Notes: generated from the letters alone by a model not told the origin. Shown: positions 8,764 through 17,595, counted from the first letter of the stretch. The stretch: DNA of 45,022 nt from Candidatus Saccharimonadales bacterium (GCA_035629475.1 DASPHS010000039.1:1-45022); one strand, 5' to 3'. Made by a program: numbers and translations.

Positions 8764-8822
8764 GAAAGATGCGCTCCGCTCTCACAGTACCTGTAGTACG
8801 GCTCGTTTGCGGTGCTCCTTTC
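8764..8822. repeat. copy 3 of a conserved roughly 58-nt hairpin element
   Basis: gaaAGATGCGCTCCGCtctcacAGTACctgtaGTACGGCTCgtTTGCGGTgCTCCTttc aligns with the copies at 27145 and 38959. Confidence 0.6.
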
Positions 8823-8975
8823 GCCTTGTACTGCATCCATATGCAGCTGTCATTGGTCCGTGGTGTGACCAGAGAATTACCATCAAGTTTTGAATGTGCC
8901 GGGCGCTTTGTAGAAAATAAAAAACGCCGTAACGCTAGGGGTAATTATAGCAATTCCTTAACAGATAGCAAGGGG

Positions 8976-9446
8976 CTAACGGGCGTTGGCATTTTTGATG
9001 GCGTTTTGCATCCGCCGGGACTCATCGCGGGCTTTCAGCGTCTGGCGCTTGTCGTACTGTTTCTTACCCTTACCAATGGCAATGCGCATCTTTATGTAGC
9101 GACCTTGTGTCAGTATTTCCAGGGGTACGATAGTCCTGCCCTGCTGCTTGGCTTCAACCAAGTGTTCAATCTCCCGTTTTTTGGCCAGCAACTTACGGCT
9201 ACGGGTCTGACCGCTTTCATCGATGATAATACCGCGGGTGCCATTGATGGTGGCGTTTATCAGCCACAGCTCGCCGTTCTTGACCGTTACGTAAGCGCCG
9301 CGTAGTTGCCCATGGCCCATCCGTAGCGCCTTGGTTTCAGCACCTGTCAAGCTAATGCCGACCACCAAGCTATCACCAAGTTCATAGTCATGGCGTGCGC
9401 GGCGGTTAGTTATCTGCTTGGTCGCAGGTTGTTTCTTCTTTTTCAC
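8976..9446 (-). CDS. smpB: SsrA-binding protein SmpB
   Basis: NRRARHDYELGDSLVVGISLTGAETKALR ... LLAKKREI ... GKGKKQYDKR: typical SmpB pattern and length. Confidence 0.95.
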   Translation of the reverse strand: MKKKKQPATKQITNRRARHDYELGDSLVVGISLTGAETKALRMGHGQLRGAYVTVKNGELWLINATINGTRGIIIDESGQTRSRKLLAKKREIEHLVEAKQQGRTIVPLEILTQGRYIKMRIAIGKGKKQYDKRQTLKARDESRRMQNAIKNANAR

Positions 9447-9492
9447 GATATAGCTATTGTACCGGAGAAGCCAGAGTGGACAAAATCAACCA

Positions 9493-10452
9493 ATGGTGGA
9501 ATTATACGTAGCTATGAGAGAACGTTTTCCGAATATTATCGATCGTAACGCATTGGGCGGCCGTTTGGCGGTTCCCGGCTTAGGGCGTCTTGTGGGCAGC
9601 AGGGCTATTGCCCGTCCGCTGCAAGCACGGGCTGAAGAACTGGAAGCGGACTTTGTTATCCCTACCAATTTACCGGAGCTGAACATTGTTATTGACGCCC
9701 GGCGAAAGCGTTACCCCGCCGCCTTGGCTGAGGACTGGGCAGCCTATGGGAAGACGCTTACCACGGCAGTGCCAGCACGGTTGGACAATATCCGGCTCCA
9801 AAAGTATCCCCCGCACCGCATACGACGCGTCATGACTCTGGTAGAAGACGGCTTTGAGCTCACTGCGCTTCAGCAACGCCAGCTCGGCGACACCGAAGTC
9901 ATTCCGATTGCATCTAGCCGGAACCACCCACAGGGGCTGAACACTGCCATCAGGCAGATCGGTCCGCGCGAAGGTGTTACTATGCTGACCGATGTGCGCG
10001 CCCACTATGTGACGGATCGGGCCTTCAGGGCTGCCGTGCCTGCCGGCACGGAACGGGTGGCGGCAGTATTCGGGACGCAAGTGCCTGACCAGAACACCCC
10101 GCTCCTGGAAGCTGGGCTGTATTACGGATCGATAGTGAAGTTCCGGGGCCTTCGCAATGTCGATGCCAAGCCTGCGTTCGGCGCAGGTTATGCGTCTGCC
10201 AACCGCGGCGGATTCAACCAACTGCTGCTGCACGAGCACTCTTTTGATGAGAGGTATGGTCGCGGTGGTGCCGACGGCGAATGGGGTGAACGTATGGCCA
10301 CAGATCATACGGTACTCTATGACCCCGCCCTGTCAGTCCGGTTTGCGCAAGGTGCAGGCACCCCGAGCAAGTTAGTGGAGCTGCTGGGTGAATACGGTAC
10401 CTATATAGGGTCCACTATCCACTACGATAACCAGGCACCACCGCGCCAGTAG
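9493..10452 (+). CDS. hypothetical protein
   Basis: Long open frame filling the smpB-to-GH gap. The listed start at 9457 is TTG; the first ATG is 9493 (MVELYV). No confident motif. Confidence 0.55.
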   Translation: MVELYVAMRERFPNIIDRNALGGRLAVPGLGRLVGSRAIARPLQARAEELEADFVIPTNLPELNIVIDARRKRYPAALAEDWAAYGKTLTTAVPARLDNIRLQKYPPHRIRRVMTLVEDGFELTALQQRQLGDTEVIPIASSRNHPQGLNTAIRQIGPREGVTMLTDVRAHYVTDRAFRAAVPAGTERVAAVFGTQVPDQNTPLLEAGLYYGSIVKFRGLRNVDAKPAFGAGYASANRGGFNQLLLHEHSFDERYGRGGADGEWGERMATDHTVLYDPALSVRFAQGAGTPSKLVELLGEYGTYIGSTIHYDNQAPPRQ

Positions 10453-11382
10453 CTACTTGCGTAGTTCTTCGCTGACCGTGACCCACGTTGTGGGGTCTTG
10501 TAACACTTTGAGGCGCCAGTACCACCATTCGCCTCCCCAAATATCTATGGGGTAGAGGTTGGTGCGCTTGGCCAGGCGGACATTGGCCTTGATGTGCTCG
10601 GTGCCCATTGATTTATCTTGTTCTGGTATCTGCATTTTCCAGATAGCTGTCGGACCCCACGGTTCCAGCTGCAACTCATGTACGAAGCTGGGCTTGGCAT
10701 GGAACAGCTGAATGCCCAGTGCTCGCGCACGGTCGAGCATCGGAAAGTGAAAGGCATGATGATACCGTCCCTGTCCATACAGGATCCGATAAAAAGAAAA
10801 ACCCACAATATCTGGTACGGGTTTACGCATGGGAATTCCCCAGGAGGTGCTGGTGGTCATAATAACCGGACGGTGCGGATCAAGCCGCTTGACCAGATTG
10901 TACTCACTGCGTAGGCGTGCGCGGTCGACCTCGGGCTTTTCGCCGAAAGCCTTCAGCAGCGCCTCGTTTTCCAGCTGGTAGCTCACGATGTGATCGTAAT
11001 CCTTATAGCGTTGCACGACTGCTTCAATATAGCGTAGCAAGGCCCGACTGCGTTCGTTCTTGGGAGCTTCCCAGGCCCATTTGGGCCAGTGGTTTTCCGG
11101 CCAGCGCGGTTGGCGGGCGCCCAAACACAAAGTAATAAGGCAGCCGTTGCGGCGGGCGAGTTCAATTTGCCAATCAAGCTGCGAAAAGTCGTACACTCCG
11201 GGCTGTTTTTCGTGTTCGTTCCAGTAGCTCATCAGACGGAAGCGCCTGAAGCCGGCCTGCTCGATAAGCCAACGCATCGTTTCTTTGGGGTCTATGCCAA
11301 AGCTGCGGCATTGTTTTACTGAGAAGCTGACGCCGAACTTTTGCGGGTCGATGATGCGCGGGGTGTCTACTGGTTTTGCCAT
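10453..11382 (-). CDS. clan GH-A-like (TIM-barrel) glycoside hydrolase, no signal or anchor
   Basis: FRLMSYWNEHE..PGVYDFSQLDW; acid/base-type motif YQLENE; second conserved Glu in HELQLEPWG; paralogue of the next gene. Confidence 0.6.
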   Translation of the reverse strand: MAKPVDTPRIIDPQKFGVSFSVKQCRSFGIDPKETMRWLIEQAGFRRFRLMSYWNEHEKQPGVYDFSQLDWQIELARRNGCLITLCLGARQPRWPENHWPKWAWEAPKNERSRALLRYIEAVVQRYKDYDHIVSYQLENEALLKAFGEKPEVDRARLRSEYNLVKRLDPHRPVIMTTSTSWGIPMRKPVPDIVGFSFYRILYGQGRYHHAFHFPMLDRARALGIQLFHAKPSFVHELQLEPWGPTAIWKMQIPEQDKSMGTEHIKANVRLAKRTNLYPIDIWGGEWWYWRLKVLQDPTTWVTVSEELRK

Positions 11383-11400
11383 ACGATGAGTATACCTTGG

Positions 11401-12528
11401 TTACTTGTTGCGGAATGTATCTTTGGCTACATTCCAGAGGCTTGGATCGTCCTGGACTACCATGCGCGAATACCAATATTCAGCCCCCCACAAGTACATT
11501 TCACGCATTCCAGTCGCTTTACCGAATTCGACTCGGTGTGCAAAACGCTCAGCGCTAAACGATTTGTCGGCCTCAGTGACACTGATTTCATTCAGGTGCT
11601 TGCCGCGTGGCCCCCATGACTCTGCTTGGAGCTCATGAATCATCATGTCCTGCCCTGTCATGAGTTTTTGCCAGCCAGCTACAAAACCGTAGTACCAGGC
11701 CGGGAATGGATATTCCAGGTAGCGTTTCGTCAGCTGGGCGTCCCATACACGTTTGTAAATCGAGATGCCGTACTCATCGGGAGTCGGTTCGCCAACTGGC
11801 CAACCGAGCGCGTTATTACTCCGGTTAATAATAACTTTGTGGTCGGGATCAAGCGCCTTGACGAGCTTATACTCACGAACCAGGCGTTCACGGTCCATCG
11901 ATCCAGGGATTTCTTCGCAGTTGCCAAAGCCCTTTAGGAAAAACTCGTTTTCTACCTGGTAACTATCAAGTGCTGGCGAGTCCTTGTAGCGTTCCACCAC
12001 CTTGCCCATGTAGGCTTCGAGATGTTGCTGCCACACTGCCGGGTCTTGCTGGCGGGCCCAATCAGGCATATGGCATTCTGGCCACCGTGGCTGCCGCAGG
12101 CCAAGCGATAAGGTTATTTTGGCGTCGGCCTGCTCTGCTTTGCGGAACTGCCAGTCCAGCTGTGAAAAGTCGTAGGTACCCTGTTGGGGCTCTGCCTGAT
12201 TCCAGTAACTCACCAGGCGGAAGTGACGAATGCCGACGTCGTTTATCAGGGCGTCCATTGTTTCCTCGGGGTCAACACCCAGGCTTTCGGCGTAAGCGGG
12301 TATAAATGAGGCGCCCATAATGAGTGGCTTATCGGCCGAAGTTGTTATGTACCAGCGGGCGATGCCATACATGCCAGCCAGGAGTATGAGCCCGATGCTG
12401 ACCGTCACGACGACAACCTTATGCCACCAGGAGTGCGCCCAATAGCGCCGTAGCCCGCGAGCAGCAGCTTTAGGGAGCTTCTTTAAGGTGGTAGGCAGCT
12501 GGGACATGTAGGATGAATGTTTAGTCAT
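11401..12528 (-). CDS. clan GH-A-like glycoside hydrolase, membrane-anchored paralogue
   Basis: FRLVSYWNQAE..QGTYDFSQLDW, YQVENE, HELQAESWG; N-terminal TM VVVVTVSIGLILLAGMYGIA. The listed start at 12564 is GTG; ATG 12528 or 12507 are alternatives. Confidence 0.6.
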   Translation of the reverse strand: MTKHSSYMSQLPTTLKKLPKAAARGLRRYWAHSWWHKVVVVTVSIGLILLAGMYGIARWYITTSADKPLIMGASFIPAYAESLGVDPEETMDALINDVGIRHFRLVSYWNQAEPQQGTYDFSQLDWQFRKAEQADAKITLSLGLRQPRWPECHMPDWARQQDPAVWQQHLEAYMGKVVERYKDSPALDSYQVENEFFLKGFGNCEEIPGSMDRERLVREYKLVKALDPDHKVIINRSNNALGWPVGEPTPDEYGISIYKRVWDAQLTKRYLEYPFPAWYYGFVAGWQKLMTGQDMMIHELQAESWGPRGKHLNEISVTEADKSFSAERFAHRVEFGKATGMREMYLWGAEYWYSRMVVQDDPSLWNVAKDTFRNK

Positions 12529-12545
12529 GAAGTACACTAATTGTA

Positions 12546-13346
12546 ATGCATAAAACGCATCCACGCGTCAGTATTGTTATACCTGCCCACAATGAGGAGG
12601 GGCGCCTGCGTGCCTGTCTGGAATCGATTGCCGCACAGACGAGTCGGCCCTATGAAGTTATTGTGGTTGATAATAATTCCACCGACACCACAACGGCAAT
12701 TGCTGCTTCGTTTCCGTTTGTGCGTATTGTCAGTGAGGCCCAGCAAGGTATCGTGTTCGCTCGTAATGCCGGCTTTGATGCGGCGACAGGCGATATTATC
12801 GGCCGTATCGATGCTGATGTAACCATGCCGTCAAACTGGGTGGCGCACATCCAGGCCTTCTATGCCGATGCTGCTCATTGGCGACAGGCGTGGAGCGGCG
12901 CAGGATTTTTTTATAATATACCGCTCCCGCGGCTTATGAGTTGGGGTTACGCCTTTCTGGCATTCCGCCTGAACGTGGTGCTTTCAGGCAGCAGTACGCT
13001 GTGGGGTTCAAATATGGCCATAACCCGTGAGCAATGGCTTGCCGTGCGCCAAGGGGTGCACTTACGCACCGATATTCATGAGGACCTGGATCTGAGCTTG
13101 CACATTGCCGATGGCGGCTACACGATTATCTATGACTCACGCCTTAAGACGCGTGCTGAGCTACGCCGTGTCATGAGTGAGCGTGGCAAGCTGTGGGGAT
13201 ATGTACAATGGTGGCCCAACACCCTACGTGCACACCGTAAGCACACATGGATCCTCTGCTGGCTGATAAGCGTCATGGTGCTGTACCCCGGCCTGTATAC
13301 GCTGGTTGTACTGGATGCGCTGGCCCGAGCTATGGGGCGTCGTTAG
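12546..13346 (+). CDS. GT2-family glycosyltransferase
   Basis: VSIVIPAHNEE...VIVVDNNSTDTT...GRIDADV; C-terminal hydrophobic segment. Confidence 0.85.
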   Translation: MHKTHPRVSIVIPAHNEEGRLRACLESIAAQTSRPYEVIVVDNNSTDTTTAIAASFPFVRIVSEAQQGIVFARNAGFDAATGDIIGRIDADVTMPSNWVAHIQAFYADAAHWRQAWSGAGFFYNIPLPRLMSWGYAFLAFRLNVVLSGSSTLWGSNMAITREQWLAVRQGVHLRTDIHEDLDLSLHIADGGYTIIYDSRLKTRAELRRVMSERGKLWGYVQWWPNTLRAHRKHTWILCWLISVMVLYPGLYTLVVLDALARAMGRR

Positions 13347-13911
13347 TCTGCTTGGCGCCGTTTGTACGGGTTGTTACGGTGCAGTTGCCCCACAGTCCTT
13401 TATCAGCAGCTTTGGCTTGTTCCTCGGCGGCAACAAAATCATCCGTCTTGGTGAACGGGAATAAGGTGTATGCAAACCCGTAGCCGTTAGCGATGAGTTC
13501 TCGTGAGATGAGCTTACCATCCGGCAGGTAGACGTAGCGCAACAGGCGCCCATAGCGGTCGCGGTTTTGATTTTCGGGGTCTGCCTCCAGGCGGACAGTC
13601 TGATCGCCGATAAGGTTTTTTGTGTAGGCCGATGCCGCTGGACCATAACATTGGACCGGTGCATTAGGCTTGTGTGTCTCCGGCGTATCAACGCCGAGCA
13701 TGCGAATTGTCTCTTTGGTGCCGTTCATGTCGACGGTAATAGTATCGCCGTCTACAAAGCGGGTGACCTTGTACTGGCCAGGCTGGCTTTTTGTTGCGAC
13801 CTGCTCCGCTGATTGCAGCCAGCCGGCTTGCTGGGCGCCTGCAATGGCCAATACGATGAGGCCCACGATGAGTGAGGTTGTCTTTTTAGAAAGGAGTCTA
13901 GTGCGTGCCAT
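13330..13911 (-). CDS. membrane-anchored thermonuclease (SNase-like)
   Basis: VDGDTITV...RMLGVDTPE...DRYGRLLRYVYL. The listed start at 13932 is TTG; ATG 13911 gives MARTRLLSKK plus a TM helix. Confidence 0.85.
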   Translation of the reverse strand: MARTRLLSKKTTSLIVGLIVLAIAGAQQAGWLQSAEQVATKSQPGQYKVTRFVDGDTITVDMNGTKETIRMLGVDTPETHKPNAPVQCYGPAASAYTKNLIGDQTVRLEADPENQNRDRYGRLLRYVYLPDGKLISRELIANGYGFAYTLFPFTKTDDFVAAEEQAKAADKGLWGNCTVTTRTNGAKQTNDAP

Positions 13912-13938
13912 GCGGCTTATTGTAAACCACAATGACCC

Positions 13939-14994
13939 TTATGCTTGTAATTTTGTCGTCAGCGTCCGGAAGGCTTGGTCGGCATGACTGATTATAACGG
14001 TACTCCCGGCCCGGATAACGGACGTTTCGCCGTCGTATTGCACGGGCACGTCCTCGAGTACGGTAAAGGTATAGGTGGGGTTGTTCAGTACTTGCCCTGG
14101 GAGTTTGCCGAAGAACATTTGGACGGCCCCTACCAGCAGCGCGATGCTGCTGAAGCGGTGGTGTCGGACCATGGTCGTATATAACTCGGGCTTGTCCAGC
14201 CGGGCTGGCATCCGTCCCAGCTTGGCCGCGCGGTCACCATTGCCAAATAAGATCTCGCGTATTTGTATTTCACGGCCTTGAAGCATGATGCTAAAAGCTG
14301 GCGCCTGCAATGCGGCACGAAACGCCAGGAAGTCGGGCACGTGCTGGCCATAGAGTTTATGACCGAGTTTGTGCAGCCAGCCGGTGCCCCCTTCGCCCTT
14401 CGCCTGCTTGCGAACAGACTTTTTGTTGAGCGTCCGTGCGCCCTGGGCCGAAGCACCAAGGCTGATGTAGTTGCTGGCAATATGGCGCTCGGCAATCCGC
14501 ATGACGGCGGGATCGGCCGGGTTTTTGCCGGCGGGAATAACCAAAAATTCCAAGGGTTGAATATTAATGCTCTTGCCGTGCAGAAACAGCTCTTTGACGT
14601 TAGCGGGGTCGTGATACAGCATGTGTGCCAGGTCATTGGCGTTACCGGTACCTAGGGGGACGAGTATGGTGTCCTGTATGACTGACGGTGTGCTCTTGCT
14701 GGCTATAGTCTGCAGTGCCATATTTACGGTACCGTCACCGCCCGCTATCGCAAAAAGGGGCTCCCTGCCCGCTGCCAAGTGGGTGATGAGCGTCGTGTGT
14801 ATGGTGTTGCGGGTTATCTCGAGGTCGGGATGGCTTTCAATGACCTCCACATTGCCCTGCTCCGGGAACAGGCGTTGTAATGTGGTGATGCGCTCCAGGG
14901 CGACGTCCGCCTGCTTGCTCTTGGCATTATGCAGAATAACTACGGTGGTGAAGGTGTGTGCTTTGGTGAGCTCCGCGGGCGGCCGTTTATTCAT
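13939..14994 (-). CDS. diacylglycerol-kinase-family lipid kinase (YegS/BmrU-like)
   Basis: AIAGGDGTVNMALQ and LGTGNANDLA motifs; the ATG lies 1 nt after the upstream stop. Confidence 0.8.
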   Translation of the reverse strand: MNKRPPAELTKAHTFTTVVILHNAKSKQADVALERITTLQRLFPEQGNVEVIESHPDLEITRNTIHTTLITHLAAGREPLFAIAGGDGTVNMALQTIASKSTPSVIQDTILVPLGTGNANDLAHMLYHDPANVKELFLHGKSINIQPLEFLVIPAGKNPADPAVMRIAERHIASNYISLGASAQGARTLNKKSVRKQAKGEGGTGWLHKLGHKLYGQHVPDFLAFRAALQAPAFSIMLQGREIQIREILFGNGDRAAKLGRMPARLDKPELYTTMVRHHRFSSIALLVGAVQMFFGKLPGQVLNNPTYTFTVLEDVPVQYDGETSVIRAGSTVIISHADQAFRTLTTKLQA

Positions 14995-14995
14995 G

Positions 14996-15565
14996 TTAAA
15001 AGTCTATGCCTTTATTGGCTAGGAACTTATCATCAAAATGGTGTTTTATTTTGGTCATGTTGGTGGCAATATCTACCAGTCCGAGAAGGGTTTCGGGGAA
15101 ATCGCGCCCTGTGAGGCACAAGCTTGTGCCCTGCGCACGGGTTTCGATGAGCGTTCGCAGCTGCGCCTCACTCAACAGTCCATCGTGCACGGCATTATTT
15201 ATTTCATCACAAATGACCAGGTCGTAGGTGCCGCTGGTTGCTGCCTGCAGGGCCTCCTGGTAGGTTTCCTCCGCTGCTTGCCTGTGCTGTTCCTCGCTGA
15301 CAAACTCGGCGCTCAAGTCACCGGCTTTATAAAAGCCCTTACCGCCCTTATAAAAATAGAGCTGGTCCTTGAAGAGTGGGGTGATATCCCGGATGAAGAC
15401 ATGTTCGCCGACACCCCAATACTTGATGAATTGTATGAAGGCCACGTTCCAGCGATTGCCGAGCGCACGAACAAGTAGCCCGATGCCTGCGCTGGTTTTA
15501 CCTTTGCTCTCGCCGGTATACACAATTACCACCGACTCTTTTGTCTTATAGTCCTCGAATGCCAT
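14996..15565 (-). CDS. cobO: ATP:corrinoid (cob(I)yrinate a,c-diamide) adenosyltransferase, CobO/BtuR type
   Basis: P-loop YTGESKGKTSAGIGLL, FIQFIK, DLVICDEINNAV, LTGRDFP, KHHF. Confidence 0.8.
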   Translation of the reverse strand: MAFEDYKTKESVVIVYTGESKGKTSAGIGLLVRALGNRWNVAFIQFIKYWGVGEHVFIRDITPLFKDQLYFYKGGKGFYKAGDLSAEFVSEEQHRQAAEETYQEALQAATSGTYDLVICDEINNAVHDGLLSEAQLRTLIETRAQGTSLCLTGRDFPETLLGLVDIATNMTKIKHHFDDKFLANKGIDF

Positions 15566-15581
15566 TGCTAGGCATTATAGA

Positions 15582-16013
15582 CTACGCTGCTAGTGGGCCG
15601 CCATAGATCGCCGGCCAGGGCTCCTGCTGGATGGTGGCATTTTCTTTGTTAATGGCCAGCGAGGCCGCCAGCGCTCCCAGCCGAATCAGGCCCGGGTCGC
15701 GCTCGGCTGGCGCAGTTTCGATGGCCAGAAGCATCTGGTGCTCCAAATCGATGTCCATAGTAACTCTTGTCGTCGGATCGCCGCTAGCAAGGCTGGTAGC
15801 GAGTCTTGCTAGCGCGAGGGCATAGACGGAATCGTCGTGGCTATCCAGGCGGTCTGCGGCTGCCCGCAGGTCATCCGGTGATTCGTACGATGCAATGATG
15901 GCCCCCACCACTTCCGGATGGGTTACCATTAGGGTACAAAAAAGAGCGAGATGAGCTCGCTCTTCGTCGGGAACTGTTTCGCGGGGTGCTATGCGTGATC
16001 CTGGTGCTGTCAT
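15582..16013 (-). CDS. hypothetical protein (143 aa)
   Basis: Open frame packed between the redoxin and cobO genes on the same strand; no motif recognised. Confidence 0.5.
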   Translation of the reverse strand: MTAPGSRIAPRETVPDEERAHLALFCTLMVTHPEVVGAIIASYESPDDLRAAADRLDSHDDSVYALALARLATSLASGDPTTRVTMDIDLEHQMLLAIETAPAERDPGLIRLGALAASLAINKENATIQQEPWPAIYGGPLAA

Positions 16014-16087
16014 ATGCGTCCTCCGTTTAGGCTATACCTAACTTATAGCAGGAGTTGCCTACGTGCAGCGGTGATATTCATTACGAA

Positions 16088-16126
16088 ACGAGTTTCTTGT
16101 CTCGTTAGGACACGAGTTTCTTGTCT
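16088..16126. repeat. 24-nt-period tandem duplication spanning the 3' end of the redoxin gene
   Basis: ACGAGTTTCTTGTCT occurs at 16088-16102 and 16112-16126. On the minus strand both copies read DKKLVS-stop. Confidence 0.7.
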
Positions 16127-16374
16127 TTGAGCGCCGCATCGATACGCGGACGGTCAAAGCCGATAATGATCGTACCGTCGATGTCTAACACAGGGATGCC
16201 GGTCTGGCCGGACTTGTCGATTGCCTCGTGCATATTGGTTTCGCCGTGTTCAACGTTGCGTTCGTCGTAGGCGACGCCTAATTTGTCGAGGTATGCCTTG
16301 GCGGCGTGGCAAAAGGCACACCAATCAGCTGAGTAAACGATAACTTTGTCATTCATACTTACAGTATACACCAC
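16105..16374 (-). CDS. glutaredoxin-like / NrdH-like redoxin
   Basis: 89 aa; CAFC redox motif near the N-terminus; TGIPVLDIDG cis-Pro region; thioredoxin-fold spacing. Confidence 0.8.
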   Translation of the reverse strand: MVYTVSMNDKVIVYSADWCAFCHAAKAYLDKLGVAYDERNVEHGETNMHEAIDKSGQTGIPVLDIDGTIIIGFDRPRIDAALKDKKLVS

Positions 16375-16467
16375 CCCTGTACTGACGCTGTTAGATTTCC
16401 CCTATTCCTTCATCGATCCTGCAGTATTGCCCGGCTGCACTCTGTGATATTGCACACAAATTACTCT

Positions 16468-16496
16468 TTGCAGAGGTCACCTCTGTTTGCTATAGT
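16468..16496 (+). promoter_or_regulatory. sigma70-like promoter of the atp operon
   Basis: TTGCAG (16468-16473), 17 nt, TATAGT (16491-16496). The ATG at 16506 is only 9 nt downstream of the -10. Confidence 0.45.
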
Positions 16497-16505
16497 ATAT
16501 AAGAA

Positions 16506-16760
16506 ATGACGAAGAAAGCCGCCGACTCGACGACTAACCCTCCCACTGGTGACAAGCCATTCACAATTGCCACCCTCGGACTTGACCTCCTCGATACAAC
16601 ATGGCGCATCATTGTCCCCGTCATTATCTTCGCCCTTTTGGGCATTTTTGCGGATATACAATTAGATACGAAACCCTGGATGACTATGCTGGGTGTCGTG
16701 ATTGGATTTGTATTTGCAGGATTATTGATTAAAAAACTATTGAACACCATACAACGCTAG
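16506..16760 (+). CDS. AtpZ/AtpI-like small membrane protein
   Basis: 84 aa; two TM helices (IIVPVIIFALLGIFA, MLGVVIGFVFAGLLI); first gene of the atp operon. Confidence 0.6.
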   Translation: MTKKAADSTTNPPTGDKPFTIATLGLDLLDTTWRIIVPVIIFALLGIFADIQLDTKPWMTMLGVVIGFVFAGLLIKKLLNTIQR

Positions 16761-16779
16761 TACATAAGGATTTATACAT

Positions 16780-17595
16780 ATGATGAATATATTCGCAGCA
16801 GAGGGCCCACACATCAGCATTGCGCCTGATACGTTGTTCCATATTGGTCCGATGCCTGTTACCAACTCCCAGATACTGGGTATTGTCGGTAGCCTTTTAG
16901 TGCTTTGGATTCTGTGGGCAACCGCCAAGGCTATCAAGAATGGCAGCCGCGCACGCGGTCCACACATGATTCTGTGGTTCTTTGAGAACTTGTATGACAC
17001 GACCGTTGAAGTGATTGGCGACAAACACATTGCCCGTAAGGTGATTCCACTGGCTGTGACGATTGTCTTCTTCTTTGTCATTAACAACTGGTTGGGATTG
17101 CTGCCGATTGTCGGTTCGATTACGTATAATGACGTGCCTCTGCTCCGTGGTGCCGCCGCTGACCTGAACATGACCTTCGCCGTTGCGATCATCTCCATTG
17201 TGACCGCGCAGATCTGGGCCGCCAAGCGCCGTGGCTTCTTTGGCAATATCGGCCGGTACATTAACTTCCACAGCCCCCTCCACTTCGCAGAAGGTATCCT
17301 TGACCTGATCGCTGAATTCTCCCGTACGGCAGCCCTGAGCCTTCGTATGTTCGGTAACGTCTTTGGTGGTGAGGTGCTACTGGTAGTCATCGCCTTCCTG
17401 ACCTCATACGCTGCTGCTGTAGCCCTGCCGGTATTTTACGTTCTGGAACTCTTTGTGGGTGCCGTCCAGGCGTATGTTTTCTACATGTTAACCATTGCTT
17501 TTATTTCACTGGGTTTGCCAAACCCCGACGAGGCCCACGGACACAGTGCCGAAGCCAAGACGGAAATTGGCGCCCCTGCCCAGGAGAAGGCTTAA
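16780..17595 (+). CDS. atpB: F0 ATP synthase subunit a
   Basis: LSLRMFGNVFGGEVLL with the essential Arg; polytopic membrane protein. Confidence 0.95.
   Translation: MMNIFAAEGPHISIAPDTLFHIGPMPVTNSQILGIVGSLLVLWILWATAKAIKNGSRARGPHMILWFFENLYDTTVEVIGDKHIARKVIPLAVTIVFFFVINNWLGLLPIVGSITYNDVPLLRGAAADLNMTFAVAIISIVTAQIWAAKRRGFFGNIGRYINFHSPLHFAEGILDLIAEFSRTAALSLRMFGNVFGGEVLLVVIAFLTSYAAAVALPVFYVLELFVGAVQAYVFYMLTIAFISLGLPNPDEAHGHSAEAKTEIGAPAQEKA

Noticed and set aside
9670-10308. 212-aa minus-strand ORF inside the 9493-10452 gene
   Set aside because: It is shorter than, and nested in, the plus-strand frame that spans the whole inter-gene interval. It would leave large unexplained gaps in an otherwise compact region.
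9493-10452. GYASANRGGFNQLLLHEHS resembles the bacterial PARG (macro-domain) signature NFASAxNPGGGF...QEE
   Set aside because: Only one Glu occupies the QEE position. The Gly run is shortened, and the second diphosphate-binding loop (GCGVF-like) is not visible. This is too weak to support a call without a profile search.
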